Assembly (NCBI GenBank): GCA_039028615.1
Contig: JBCCHT010000032.1
Span: 1-64,000 of the forward strand
From: Myxococcota bacterium
Lineage (GTDB): Bacteria; Myxococcota_A; Polyangia; Nannocystales; Nannocystaceae
Direction: 5' to 3'
DNA length: 64,000 nucleotides
Shown piece after piece: positions 47,044 through 58,711 of the stretch. The position numbers and the translations under genes are program-made. How positions within the stretch are numbered: the stretch's first letter is position 1; every line of letters begins with the position of its first letter. The notes beneath the pieces are model-generated. The model worked only from the letters and a program-made list of their open reading frames with translations, ran no database searches and was not told where the DNA came from.

Positions 47044-47069
47044 GCTTCACCGCTGCTCGCCACGTTCGC

Positions 47070-47104
47070 CCCCCGGCCGCGAGGTTCGTCCTCGTGGTCG
47101 GGGG
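47070..47104 (+). other. GC-rich intergenic stem-loop between the precursor and its enzyme gene
   Basis: CCCCCGGCCGCGAGG-TTCGT-CCTCGTGGTCGGGGG forms a 15-bp stem with two G-U pairs; no immediate U-tract. Confidence 0.75.
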
Positions 47105-47134
47105 TCCACTCGGTCTGCCCTTTTTTGGAGCGAG

Positions 47135-49015
47135 ATGATGTCCGCGCAACGACCCACGCCCGACGAATTTTGGAACACGATCGTTCCCCGCCATGAACCC
47201 GCCGTCTGGCGCGGTGCCGTCTCCGACATGGAGATCGTGAAGCTCGCCCGCGATGGGGCCGACCCTCTGCTGGATCGGCTGTCGGCCACGTGTGGCGATC
47301 GCCGGGTTCATGTGACCGGGTGTCCGCCCAGCGCCGAGGGCAAGATGGGTTTTCACGAGACCTTGTGGCCCGACTGGTCGCGGCGGGGCTCGACCTTCGA
47401 TGCCTTCATCGCCGATCTTCGTACCGAGCGGGCGCAGCCCAGCGGTCACTGTGCCTACATGCAGTCGGCGCCCATCGGCTCCGCGCTGCCCGAGCTGCTG
47501 CCCCTGACCTCGATCTGGCTCGCCGACGAGCAGCGCATGCAGGCCGAGAGCCGACAGCTATGGATGGGCAGCGGCGGTCAGCGACTCGCCGTTCACCAGG
47601 ATTCGACCCACAGCATCATCTGCATGGTCTCGGGCCACAAGGAGTTCATCCTGTTTCCGCCCGACCAACATCGGAACCTCTACACCGCGCCGCAGGGGCG
47701 CCTGTTCGAGTGGCCGTGGCGCAGTCGCGTCGATCCGCGTCGGCCCGACCTCGAGCGCTACCCTCGGTTCGCCGATGCGTTGGCTGCCTCGCGGACGATT
47801 CGCATCGGCCCGGGCGACGTGTTGTTCTTGCCCGCATATTGGTGGCACTCGGTCGACTCGTTTGGGCTCAACATCATGTTCAACTCGCGGTGGCTCGACG
47901 TCGAAGCCTCGCGTCTCGACGACGTCACCGCGGCCTTTGCCCACGGGGTGGTGAGCGCCCGGACGCTGCCGCCGTCGTTGCAGGAGCGGCTCCGCTCCGA
48001 GATCTCGACGCATGCGCTCGGAGACGAGGTGGAGTCCGCCCTCGACGACCAAGAGCGGGCACCGTGGATCGATGCGCTGCGAGCCGGCACCGCCGTTCGA
48101 GCGTCCGCCTCCGCGCGGACGCTCGACTGGGACCGGGAACTCGAGCTCGGCCCCGACGTCGTGGCTACGATGGGGGAGGCAGGCGTCTGCCTGCGCAACG
48201 ACGATACCGGGGCCACGCGAACCCTGGACTGGGACTTCGCCCCCGTGCTCGAGCAGTTCGGCCGCCCACGAACGCCCGCAGATGCGCTCCGTGCTCTGCA
48301 AGAGCAGTTCGACGTCGACGCGGCGGTACTCGGTGAGCAGCTCGTCGAGCTGGTGGCGGGCGGAATCTTGGTGTGCACCGATCCGCGACAGCGTACCGAC
48401 GATGAAACCCGGCTGCGCGCGACGGTTGCCCATACCGTGCTCGCGGCCCGCGGACTGCCTCTCCATCACCGTCGAGCGCTGAGGTACGCGCTCGAGATCT
48501 TCGCGTTCTTGCGCGAGGGCGAGCCCTATCCCGAGACCGAGCCGGCCCACCGCGGGGTGCTCGGCGTGCCGATGCTCGATGCGAATCGGCGCTACCTCGA
48601 AGGCCTGGTCCGGGAGCGAGTGCAGCAGCGCTTCGGCGAAGAGCTCGTGCCGGACGACTCGTGGGAGACGCCATATCGACTGGACCACACGCGGTCGATG
48701 ACGGTGGGAGCGGGTGGGCTGGTGCTGGTCGGGACCTCGGAGCAGACGCTCCTGTTGCCGTGGCACGAGGTCGAAGTGCTGTCCGAATTCCGCGAACCGC
48801 GACGCCCCGCGGACGTCTTCGCCGAGATCGATGCGCAGTGGGACACGACGCAGGAGCAGTTTCGGGCGTTGGTGACCCGGTGGATCGCGTGGGGAGCCCT
48901 CGTGCCCGTGGAGCGGGCGGCGGAGGCGAACGGCGGCGGCTACTGCTGCAGGCAGACGACCGACCACTCCGCCGAGCAGTCGCTGCTGGCGCTGGGCAGG
49001 ATCCACTCCGCGTAG
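47135..49015 (+). CDS. JmjC/cupin-like 2OG-Fe(II) oxygenase fused to two PqqD/RRE-like winged-helix domains
   Basis: LWMGSGG, VHQD (HxD), GHKEFILFPP, IGPGDVLFLPAYWWHSV. Two C-terminal units (...VLEQFGRPRTPADALRAL...LVELVAGGILV and ...VLSEFREPRRPADVFAEI...VTRWIAWGALV). GGAG RBS. Confidence 0.85.
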   Translation: MMSAQRPTPDEFWNTIVPRHEPAVWRGAVSDMEIVKLARDGADPLLDRLSATCGDRRVHVTGCPPSAEGKMGFHETLWPDWSRRGSTFDAFIADLRTERAQPSGHCAYMQSAPIGSALPELLPLTSIWLADEQRMQAESRQLWMGSGGQRLAVHQDSTHSIICMVSGHKEFILFPPDQHRNLYTAPQGRLFEWPWRSRVDPRRPDLERYPRFADALAASRTIRIGPGDVLFLPAYWWHSVDSFGLNIMFNSRWLDVEASRLDDVTAAFAHGVVSARTLPPSLQERLRSEISTHALGDEVESALDDQERAPWIDALRAGTAVRASASARTLDWDRELELGPDVVATMGEAGVCLRNDDTGATRTLDWDFAPVLEQFGRPRTPADALRALQEQFDVDAAVLGEQLVELVAGGILVCTDPRQRTDDETRLRATVAHTVLAARGLPLHHRRALRYALEIFAFLREGEPYPETEPAHRGVLGVPMLDANRRYLEGLVRERVQQRFGEELVPDDSWETPYRLDHTRSMTVGAGGLVLVGTSEQTLLLPWHEVEVLSEFREPRRPADVFAEIDAQWDTTQEQFRALVTRWIAWGALVPVERAAEANGGGYCCRQTTDHSAEQSLLALGRIHSA

Positions 49016-50142
49016 ACGGTGGATCCGAAGGGCCGGGCCGCATACGCCGTGTCGGTCCAGCCATCGCAGGTCGTCTCTGCCGTCGCCATGCTGGTGGGCG
49101 AGTCGACGCCCGTCCAGAACGCGGTGGAGGGCGTGACGGTCCCGGTCGCATCGAACAGGACCGGGGCCTCGGCGATCAGCCACTGCGAGGGATCGCCCGC
49201 GGTGGAGATCACGGTGACGCCATCGGCCCGCACCCAGTCGCCGCCGTCGAGAGCGTGTCGCTCCCAGAGCGTCTCGCCGGGCTCCGCCATCAGGGCGAGG
49301 ACGGTGCCCTCCAACCCGGCGGCGTTGGCCTCGAGTGCACACAGGTCATCGGCGGCTTGGCGCCCCGCATCGGCGGTCAGCAATCCCGCCGTCGCGAAGA
49401 TGCGTCGCGCGTCGGCGGGCGGAGTGGGGGCGGGCTGCGGCGCATCGGCGTCGATCCCCAGGCACAACAGGTGGCCCGTGTTCGCGCAGGAGAACAGCAC
49501 GAAGTCGACCCAGTACCGGTCGCCGCCGTCGGTATAGCCCCCGCGTCCGCGAACCTTGCCGTCGGTGGATTGCCAGTTTTCGCAGTGCTCGGGCGCGACC
49601 AGGCCGCTACGCAGGCTCCCCGTGAACGCGCTCGCGACCCCGTTGCCGTTCACCAGCGTGCCGGACTCGGTGTACATCAGGGGATAGCTGATCTGTCCCG
49701 AGGTCAGCGCTTGGCGATCGGTCGCGAACACGCGGCCGTCGGTGCGGGTCCAGCCGTTGGCGGAGCCCAGCCGGGTCACGGCGTCGGCGGTGCTGTCGGA
49801 CAGGTACGCGACATAGCTCCCGGGGAGCCCGGCCTCCGATGCGCGGTCGTTGCAGATGGCATCCGCGGCCGCCAAACCCCCGAACGAAGGGTTGTGGGCG
49901 GTGGAGGTCACGAATGCCAGGTTCATCTCGACCACGGGCCCTCGCGCCGTCGATTCGTCGCCCGAGCCCCCGCTGCTGTCGGAGCCGCTCGTCTGCGAAC
50001 CCGTCGAGGTGCTCTCACCCGTGGTCGGTACATTCGCGTAGCTGGGGTCGATCTCGACGCAGCCGGTCGTGCTGCCCACGACCACGAAGGACGCCGCGGT
50101 CAGCCAGCCTCGGGCCACGCATCGCGGAGTTCGACATGCCAT
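48940..50142 (-). CDS. Lipoprotein with two DUF1554/endostatin-like domains (start uncertain)
   Basis: AFVTS...GGLAAADAICNDRASEAGLPGSYVAYLS and a second copy IFAT...AADDLCALEANAAGLEG. Confidence 0.8.
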   Translation of the reverse strand: MACRTPRCVARGWLTAASFVVVGSTTGCVEIDPSYANVPTTGESTSTGSQTSGSDSSGGSGDESTARGPVVEMNLAFVTSTAHNPSFGGLAAADAICNDRASEAGLPGSYVAYLSDSTADAVTRLGSANGWTRTDGRVFATDRQALTSGQISYPLMYTESGTLVNGNGVASAFTGSLRSGLVAPEHCENWQSTDGKVRGRGGYTDGGDRYWVDFVLFSCANTGHLLCLGIDADAPQPAPTPPADARRIFATAGLLTADAGRQAADDLCALEANAAGLEGTVLALMAEPGETLWERHALDGGDWVRADGVTVISTAGDPSQWLIAEAPVLFDATGTVTPSTAFWTGVDSPTSMATAETTCDGWTDTAYAARPFGSTVYAEWILPSASSDCSAEWSVVCLQQ

Positions 50143-50372
50143 CGTGAAGGTGTGCGTGCGGCGGGTCGTGACAACGACGAACCGCTGTACGCAGAGTACA
50201 CCGCAAAATCACTACGCATGCGTCGGGGATCCAACCCGGGCAACCCTCACGACGATCTCGTCATGCTCGCGACGTCGAGGTGGCCCACAATTGCACAAAC
50301 TTCATACGCGGCGTCAGCTTCGTTAGACCTCCGGGGAATCTCGGGCGCGACCTCGGACGAGCCGGCCCTCGA

Positions 50373-52540
<2,168 letters not shown>

Positions 52541-52544
<4 letters not shown>

Positions 52545-53425
52545 TGCGAGCCCGGGCCGGGAAGGCGTGGCTGGTCGCGGGGACACTGGCGATGGGCACC
52601 GTGCCGGGTGTCGTCCGTGCCGAGCCCGTGTCCGCCGTACCCGAAGCACCCGGCGACAGCGCCAGCCCACGAGGCACGGGCACGACGGTGGTGGTGCTCC
52701 CCGTGCGGCTGTCGGGTGAGCTGCCCCCCGGGACCGACGCCGAGGTTCGCGGGTTGCTCGAGACCAACCTGGCGCAGGAGGGCCTCGAGCTCACCGATGC
52801 GGATGCCGGGGTCGCGGCCGAGTGCGACGCGGCCTGCCGCAGCGCGACCGCGGGCCGCCTCTCCGCTGCGTTCCTCGTGCAGGCGGACGTCGTGGGCTCC
52901 GAGGACGAGTACTCGGTCACCGTGACGCTCTTCGACGGCACCACGGGGCAACCGCTGGCGCCCTTCGAAGCCGAGTGCTCCATCTGCGGCTTCGTCGAGG
53001 TCCGCGACATGGTGCGCCTGCGCGCGATGGATGCACGCGCCGAGATTGTCCGCCGCGCTCGTGAGATGGAGACGACGACCGAGGTGAAGCCGCCGCCTCC
53101 GGTCACCGATGAGCCCCGGCCTCGATCGCCGCTGCTGTCGGCGGGGTGGGCCTTGGTCGGGGCGGGAGCCGGCGCGACGCTCGGCGGCGTGGTGCTCATG
53201 TCGATGCACAAACAAAGTGCCGGTTGCGCCACCAACCCTCGCGGAGGGGAGTGCGTGCCGCTGCGCTACACCACGCTCCCGGCGGGCGCCGCGTTGCTCG
53301 GCGCTGGCGTGGCGGTGACGGTGGCCGGGGTCATCATGGTGCTTCGCGGGCGTCGCAAGTCGGCGCGACCGCCCTCCCAGGCACGCGTACGAAGCCACGG
53401 TGCCGGCCTGGCCTTGCGCTTCTGA
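52541..53425 (+). CDS. Exported hypothetical protein with two C-terminal hydrophobic helices
   Basis: Signal peptide ending VRA, CxxxC and CxxC motifs; ATGA-coupled to the kinase. Confidence 0.75.
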
Positions 53426-53486
53426 GCGGCACGGGTGCGCACCCTCGTGCGCGCAGGTGACGGGGTATCGTCGCCCCGAGTTCATC

Positions 53487-54908
53487 ATGTCCGAGACGCG
53501 TCGTCGCGATTTCTTGCGCTGGCTCGGGGCCGGGTCCGTCGGTCTCTCCCTGCCGGCCTGTGCTCCATCGAAGCCCTCCACCACCACCACCACTCCCGAA
53601 CCGGCTGCCGCTGCGCCTGCGACCCCGGTCGTGCCTGCACGCCGCGGCAAGAGTGTGGCCGGCTTGGTCGTGCCCAAGCTCGACACGGTTCGGGTCGGCT
53701 TGATCGGCCTGGGGCGCCGAGGCTCGGGTCACGTGATCCACATGTGCAACCTCGAGGGAGTGGAGGTCACCGCGCTGTGTGATCTTCGACCGGAGCCGCT
53801 GGCGCGATCGCAGCGAGAGGTGGTCGCGCGGGGCCGGCCCGAGCCCGCGACCTACGGCGGGAGCGAGGACGCCTATCTCGAGCTTCTCAAGCGTGATGAT
53901 GTCGATGTGGTCATCATCTCCACGCCCTGGCGTTTTCATGCGCCGATGGCCATCGATGCGATGCGCGCGGGCAAGCACGTGCTGCTCGAGGTGCCCGCCG
54001 CGTTGAGCGTGCAGGAGTGCTGGGACCTGGTCGATACCGCCGAGCAGACCCAGCTCAACTGCATGATGCTCGAGAACGTCTGCTACGGGCGCGACGAGCT
54101 GATGGTGCTCAACATGGTGCGCCAGGGGGTGTTCGGAGAGCTGCTGCACGGGGAAGCGGCCTATATCCACGAGCTGCGCTTCCAGATGCACGACCTCACC
54201 GAGGGCACGGGCTTTTGGCGCACGGGCTGGCACGCCGAGCGCAACGGCAACCTCTATCCCACGCACGGGCTGGGGCCCATCTCCCAGTACATGGGCATCA
54301 ACCGGGGCGATCGCTTCGACTATCTCAGCTCGTTCAGCTCCCCCGCCCGCGGGCGCCAGCGCTACGCCGAGGCCAACTTCCCGCCCGAGAATCAGCGCAA
54401 CCAGGTGCGCTACATCTGCGGGGACATCAACACCACCGTGATCAAGACCAACGGCGGGCGCACGATCATGGTGCAGCACGACACCACCACGCCGCGGCCC
54501 TACTCGCGCCACAACCTGATCCAGGGCACCAAGGGGGTGTTCGGGGGCTTCCCCAATCGCATCGCCATCGAGCGCCCCGAAGAAGGCAAAGACGCGAGCT
54601 ACCACCGCTGGGACGGGAACATGGAGCCCTGGTACCAGCAGTACGACCACCCGCTGTGGACGCGGATGGGGACCGAGGCCGAGCGCAACGGCGGCCACGG
54701 GGGCATGGATTTTCTGATGTTCTGGCGGACGATTTCCTGCCTGCGCAACGGCGAGCCGCTCGACCAAGACGTCTACGACGCCGCCGCGTGGTCGGTGCTG
54801 GTGCCGCTCACCGCCGAGTCCGTCGCCAATCGCAGCCGCTCGGTCGATGTCCCCGATTTCACCCGCGGGGAGTTCGTCGACCGGACCCCGCTGCCCGTCG
54901 TGCGCTGA
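53487..54908 (+). CDS. GH109/Gfo-Idh-MocA NAD-dependent glycosidase (alpha-N-acetylgalactosaminidase-like), Tat lipoprotein
   Basis: Tat signal RRRDFL with [47 protein letters not shown] and DVYDAAAWS. Confidence 0.93.
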   Translation: MSETRRRDFLRWLGAGSVGLSLPACAPSKPSTTTTTPEPAAAAPATPVVPARRGKSVAGLVVPKLDTVRVGLIGLGRRGSGHVIHMCNLEGVEVTALCDLRPEPLARSQREVVARGRPEPATYGGSEDAYLELLKRDDVDVVIISTPWRFHAPMAIDAMRAGKHVLLEVPAALSVQECWDLVDTAEQTQLNCMMLENVCYGRDELMVLNMVRQGVFGELLHGEAAYIHELRFQMHDLTEGTGFWRTGWHAERNGNLYPTHGLGPISQYMGINRGDRFDYLSSFSSPARGRQRYAEANFPPENQRNQVRYICGDINTTVIKTNGGRTIMVQHDTTTPRPYSRHNLIQGTKGVFGGFPNRIAIERPEEGKDASYHRWDGNMEPWYQQYDHPLWTRMGTEAERNGGHGGMDFLMFWRTISCLRNGEPLDQDVYDAAAWSVLVPLTAESVANRSRSVDVPDFTRGEFVDRTPLPVVR

Positions 54909-54962
54909 TTTTTTCGGTCGAGTCGAGACCCATTGCCCAGCGTCGTGCGTTCAACGGCCCCC

Positions 54963-56351
54963 ATGTCGAGGTCGCTGCCCATCGTCTGTTCGTTGTTCGC
55001 ATCTGTGGCCGGCTGCGCCTCGACCTCGAGCCCTGCCCACGCCCCGGGGGCCGGCTCCGAATCCTCATCCGCGACGGAGGCCGAGTCCCCGCCGCCCGTG
55101 CTGCGCTGGCGGGCGATGTCGGCCGACGGCGCGCCCGTGGGGCGAGAGGACCACTCCGCGATCTGGACGGGGCAGGAGATGATCGTGTGGGGCGGCGAGA
55201 CCCGAGGCGGCGGCAACCAGCCGCTCGACAGCGGGGCGCGCTATGTCCCGGCGGAGGATCGCTGGGCGCCCATCTCCAGCGTCGGCGTGCCCGATCGCCG
55301 CAACGACCATACGGCGGTGTGGACGGGCACGGAGATGATCGTGTGGGGCGGCAACCAGCGCGACGAAGACTCGGAGCTGCTGGCCTCGGGCGGTCGCTAC
55401 GATCCGGCCCACGATCGCTGGACCCCCACCGCGGGTGGTCCTCTGTCTCCGCGCGACGATCCGACCGCGGTGTGGACGGGCACGGAGATGATCATCTGGG
55501 GCGGTCGAACCTTGGGCATGCAGCACGTGGGCTCGGGGGCTCGATACTCGCCGTACCGTGACGCCTGGGTGCTGACGAGCACGCAGGGCGCCCCGGAGCC
55601 TCGCGAGGACCACACGGCGGTGTGGACGGGCACGGAGATGATCGTGTGGGGAGGCTGGTCGGGGTACGACGACGATCGCCATCACCACGGCGACGGAGGC
55701 CGCTACGATCCCGAGACGGATACCTGGCGGACGATGTCCACCGTCGGCGCTCCCGAGCCCCGCGAAGACCATACGGCGGTGTGGACAGGCACGGAGATGA
55801 TCGTGTGGGGCGGCGTGGTGCATCGCTATGCCGAGCCCGAGCCGTCCGCCGAGGCTGCGAGCGAGCATGCCGACGAGGACGCCAGTGAAGACGCCGAGGC
55901 GCCCGAGGCCGCGGAGGCCATCGCCATCGAGCGCGTGGAGCCGGAGCTCGAAGACGCGCTCGACGATGCCGAAGAAGTCTCCTTCGAGTACGGCAAGGGC
56001 GGCCGCGGGCGGCTCGTCCAGCTCGGCAACGGTGCGGCCTACGACCCCGTCTCCGATACCTGGCGCCCCATCACCACGGTGGGTGCACCCGAGCCGCGCG
56101 AGGACCACGTGGCGGTTTGGCTGGGCGACGAGCTCCTCGTCTGGGGCGGCCGCCGGGGCACCGCAATGCTGGCCACGGGAGCGCTGTACGACCCGCGGCG
56201 GGATCGCTGGCGCCCGGTGAGCGCCGACGAGCCCCCGACCGCACGCTGGAACCACACCGCGGTGCTCGCGGGGGACCAGGTGATCATCTGGGGCGGATAC
56301 GCCGACGGCTACCCACAACGGGGCGCCCGCATCGTTCCGTCACGTCTCTAG
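54963..56351 (+). CDS. Kelch-repeat beta-propeller lipoprotein
   Basis: Lipobox VAGC; repeated REDHTAVWTGTEMIVWGG...GGRYDP units with an acidic insertion. Confidence 0.92.
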   Translation: MSRSLPIVCSLFASVAGCASTSSPAHAPGAGSESSSATEAESPPPVLRWRAMSADGAPVGREDHSAIWTGQEMIVWGGETRGGGNQPLDSGARYVPAEDRWAPISSVGVPDRRNDHTAVWTGTEMIVWGGNQRDEDSELLASGGRYDPAHDRWTPTAGGPLSPRDDPTAVWTGTEMIIWGGRTLGMQHVGSGARYSPYRDAWVLTSTQGAPEPREDHTAVWTGTEMIVWGGWSGYDDDRHHHGDGGRYDPETDTWRTMSTVGAPEPREDHTAVWTGTEMIVWGGVVHRYAEPEPSAEAASEHADEDASEDAEAPEAAEAIAIERVEPELEDALDDAEEVSFEYGKGGRGRLVQLGNGAAYDPVSDTWRPITTVGAPEPREDHVAVWLGDELLVWGGRRGTAMLATGALYDPRRDRWRPVSADEPPTARWNHTAVLAGDQVIIWGGYADGYPQRGARIVPSRL

Positions 56352-56914
56352 GGCTCGTAGCCGTCCCACTGGTGCAGGGCGAAGCCCTCTTGGCCGCAAG
56401 GATCTCGCACCACCGCCTGCAGGGCGCTGCTGCCCCAGTCGTCGAAGAACATGCGGATGCCGTACTCCTCGACGTTGCCGTCGACCATGCGCCAGGGCTG
56501 GTCGCCGCCCAGGACCAGTCGCTCGTCGAAGCCTCCGTCCTCGCAGGGGACGTCCTCGGGCAGGCACTCGTCGTCTTGGAAGTAGGTGAGGGTCACCTCG
56601 ACGCGGTCGTAGTGCGCGGGGTCGATGCCCCCGATGCGTAGCGCGATGAACGAGTGCCCTCCGCCGCCCTGCGGCCCCGAGTACTGCACGGGGCTTCCGG
56701 CCAGGGTCTGGAACTCGTCGGCGCCTTGGCCCAGGGTGACGTCGAGATCGCCCATCAGCTCGCAGGTGGGATCGAGCTCGAACTCGCTGGGATTCTCGCA
56801 GCCCTGACAGTCGGGCTCGGGCCCGAAGTTCTGCGGCTCGGACCCACCGAAGAGGAAGCAGTTGCATGCCATCAGGCACCCCAGCAGACCCAGGGAGTGG
56901 AGCGCGGCTCTCAT
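56348..56914 (-). CDS. Hypothetical lipoprotein
   Basis: Hydrophobic leader with Cys (LMAC); GPQGGG.H motif of a kind seen in myxobacterial lipoproteins. Confidence 0.72.
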   Translation of the reverse strand: MRAALHSLGLLGCLMACNCFLFGGSEPQNFGPEPDCQGCENPSEFELDPTCELMGDLDVTLGQGADEFQTLAGSPVQYSGPQGGGGHSFIALRIGGIDPAHYDRVEVTLTYFQDDECLPEDVPCEDGGFDERLVLGGDQPWRMVDGNVEEYGIRMFFDDWGSSALQAVVRDPCGQEGFALHQWDGYEP

Positions 56915-57155
56915 CTGTCCAGGTAGTGCCGCGACCGGGCGTTTCGATCGAGCGTGGGCCTAGAAAAAATCGCGCGGGGGAGCATCCTGCGCACCGTCGG
57001 GGTGGCAACTGTTCGAGCCACGCGGCTACTGCTTCCAGGGCGGTGCTCAGAGGCCGAAATCCGGCACTACGGGCCGAATTCTTGATGCGGTGAAGAGATG
57101 CGGGACATGTGGGTACTCCCCGTGCACCTTCGCTTCGCCTGTCGCGACTTCGCCG

Positions 57156-58577
57156 ATGACCACCTGCACGAACGACGCCTTGCTCACCCAGTCGCCCGCT
57201 CGGGCGTTGCGTGGACTCACAATCCCCGGGGTGCTCTCGCACCTGACCCTCATGGTCTTCGTGCTGGCCGACATGTACTTCGTGGGGCTGCTCGGTCCCG
57301 AGTCGCTCGCCGCGATGTCGTTCACGGTGCCGGTCGGGCTGTTCATCTTCACCGCCGCCGTCGGCCTGGGCTTCGGGGTCACCTCCAAGGTCTCCCACGC
57401 CTGGGGCAACGGCGACGCGACGCGGGCCCGCGGCCTGGCCACCGACGGGTTGCTCATGATGCTGGCCATCGTGGGCCTGATGTGCGGGCTGGGCCTGGCG
57501 ACGGTGGACCCGGTGTTCCGGGCGATGGGGGCGGGCGAGACCTCGCGCGTGCTCATCAGCGAGTACATGACGCCCTGGTACTTCGCGATGGTCGTGCTGG
57601 CGCTGCTCATCGCCGCCAATGCCATCCTGCGAGGAGCGGGGGACACCAAGACTCCGCTGCGCGTGTCGGCGCTGGCGGCCGGCCTGAACATCGCGCTCGA
57701 TCCTTGCTTGATGTTCGGCCTCGGCCCCTTCCCCGAGCTCGGCCTGGTGGGCGCGGTCCATGCCACGTTGATCTCGGCGGTGGTGGGCACCTCCTATGCC
57801 CTGTACGCGCTGTGCCTGCGCGACCGCCTGGTCAGCTCCGAGGGCTGGTCGGGTTCGCGGATGTTCGAGTCCTGGCGAGAGCTCATCGCGGTCGCCGTGC
57901 CCGGCATCGCCATCGCGGCCGTGCCCCCGCTGGGGCTGGCCATCGTGACCTCGTTGGTCGCCCGCGATGCGGAGACGAGCGTGGCCGCGTACGCGGTCGG
58001 CAGCCGCATCGAGGTGCTCGTGGTCGCGGTCCCGGCCGGGCTGTGCGACGCCCTGCTCGCCTACGTGGGTCAGAACGCGGGCGCGGGACGACTCGACCGG
58101 GTACGTGAGGGCATGCGCCACGCCATCGTCTGGGCAGCGGTGGCGGGCGTGGCCGTGTGTGCGCTGCTCGTTCCCTTGGCGCCGACCTTGGCCGCGTTGT
58201 TCACCGCCGAGCCCATCGTGCAGGCGGGCGTGGTGTCGTACTTGCGCATCATCTCAGTCAGCTATGCGCTGCTGGGCATCGCGATGATCGCAAGCCCCAT
58301 GTTCTTGGGGCTGCAGCGGCCGGGCATGGCCTTCGTGGTCGCCACGTTGCGGATGATCGTGCTGATGGTGCCCGCGGCGATCGTCGGGCTGCTCGTGGCG
58401 GGTCTGCCCGGGGTGCTGGTGGGCATCGCCATCGCCAACGTCGTGGGTGGGCTCTTCGCTTGGGCGATCTCGGCTCGGGCCTTGGGCTGGTTGCCCTCGG
58501 GTCGGGAAATGTGGGCGTTGCTCAAGGGCAGGTTCGCGTCGCGGCCGATGGCGACTGTTGCCAGGGTGAGGTCCTGA
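57156..58577 (+). CDS. MATE-family efflux transporter
   Basis: DMYFVGLLG, ILRGAGDTKTPL, NIALDPCLMFG, ELGLVGA and VGQNAGAG; about 12 TM helices. Confidence 0.95.
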   Translation: MTTCTNDALLTQSPARALRGLTIPGVLSHLTLMVFVLADMYFVGLLGPESLAAMSFTVPVGLFIFTAAVGLGFGVTSKVSHAWGNGDATRARGLATDGLLMMLAIVGLMCGLGLATVDPVFRAMGAGETSRVLISEYMTPWYFAMVVLALLIAANAILRGAGDTKTPLRVSALAAGLNIALDPCLMFGLGPFPELGLVGAVHATLISAVVGTSYALYALCLRDRLVSSEGWSGSRMFESWRELIAVAVPGIAIAAVPPLGLAIVTSLVARDAETSVAAYAVGSRIEVLVVAVPAGLCDALLAYVGQNAGAGRLDRVREGMRHAIVWAAVAGVAVCALLVPLAPTLAALFTAEPIVQAGVVSYLRIISVSYALLGIAMIASPMFLGLQRPGMAFVVATLRMIVLMVPAAIVGLLVAGLPGVLVGIAIANVVGGLFAWAISARALGWLPSGREMWALLKGRFASRPMATVARVRS

Positions 58578-58680
58578 GGTCGACGACCGACGCACGGATT
58601 GGATTGATGCGGGCGTAGTCTCGGCTACGCCGTGGAGAACCGAACGGTGTTCGTCTCCTCCGAGTCGAGGCGGCTCGGGG

Positions 58681-58696
58681 TGGTACGCGATTTGCT
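58681..58696 (+). promoter_or_regulatory. Sigma54 (-24/-12) promoter
   Basis: TGGTACG-CGAT-TTGCT is one mismatch from TGGCACG-N4-TTGCW, with exact GG-N10-GC spacing, in the intergenic region just upstream of the kinase. Confidence 0.7.
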
Positions 58697-58711
58697 TTTG
58701 ACGCAGGCGGA

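Noticed and set aside
55130..56300. Regularly recurring DNA repeats resembling a CRISPR array
   Set aside because: They are in-frame Kelch blades spaced about 150-175 nt apart, and there are no cas genes.
57156..58577. MATE transporter as exporter of the putative RiPP
   Set aside because: It is about 8 kb away with unrelated genes in between and no evidence of linkage.
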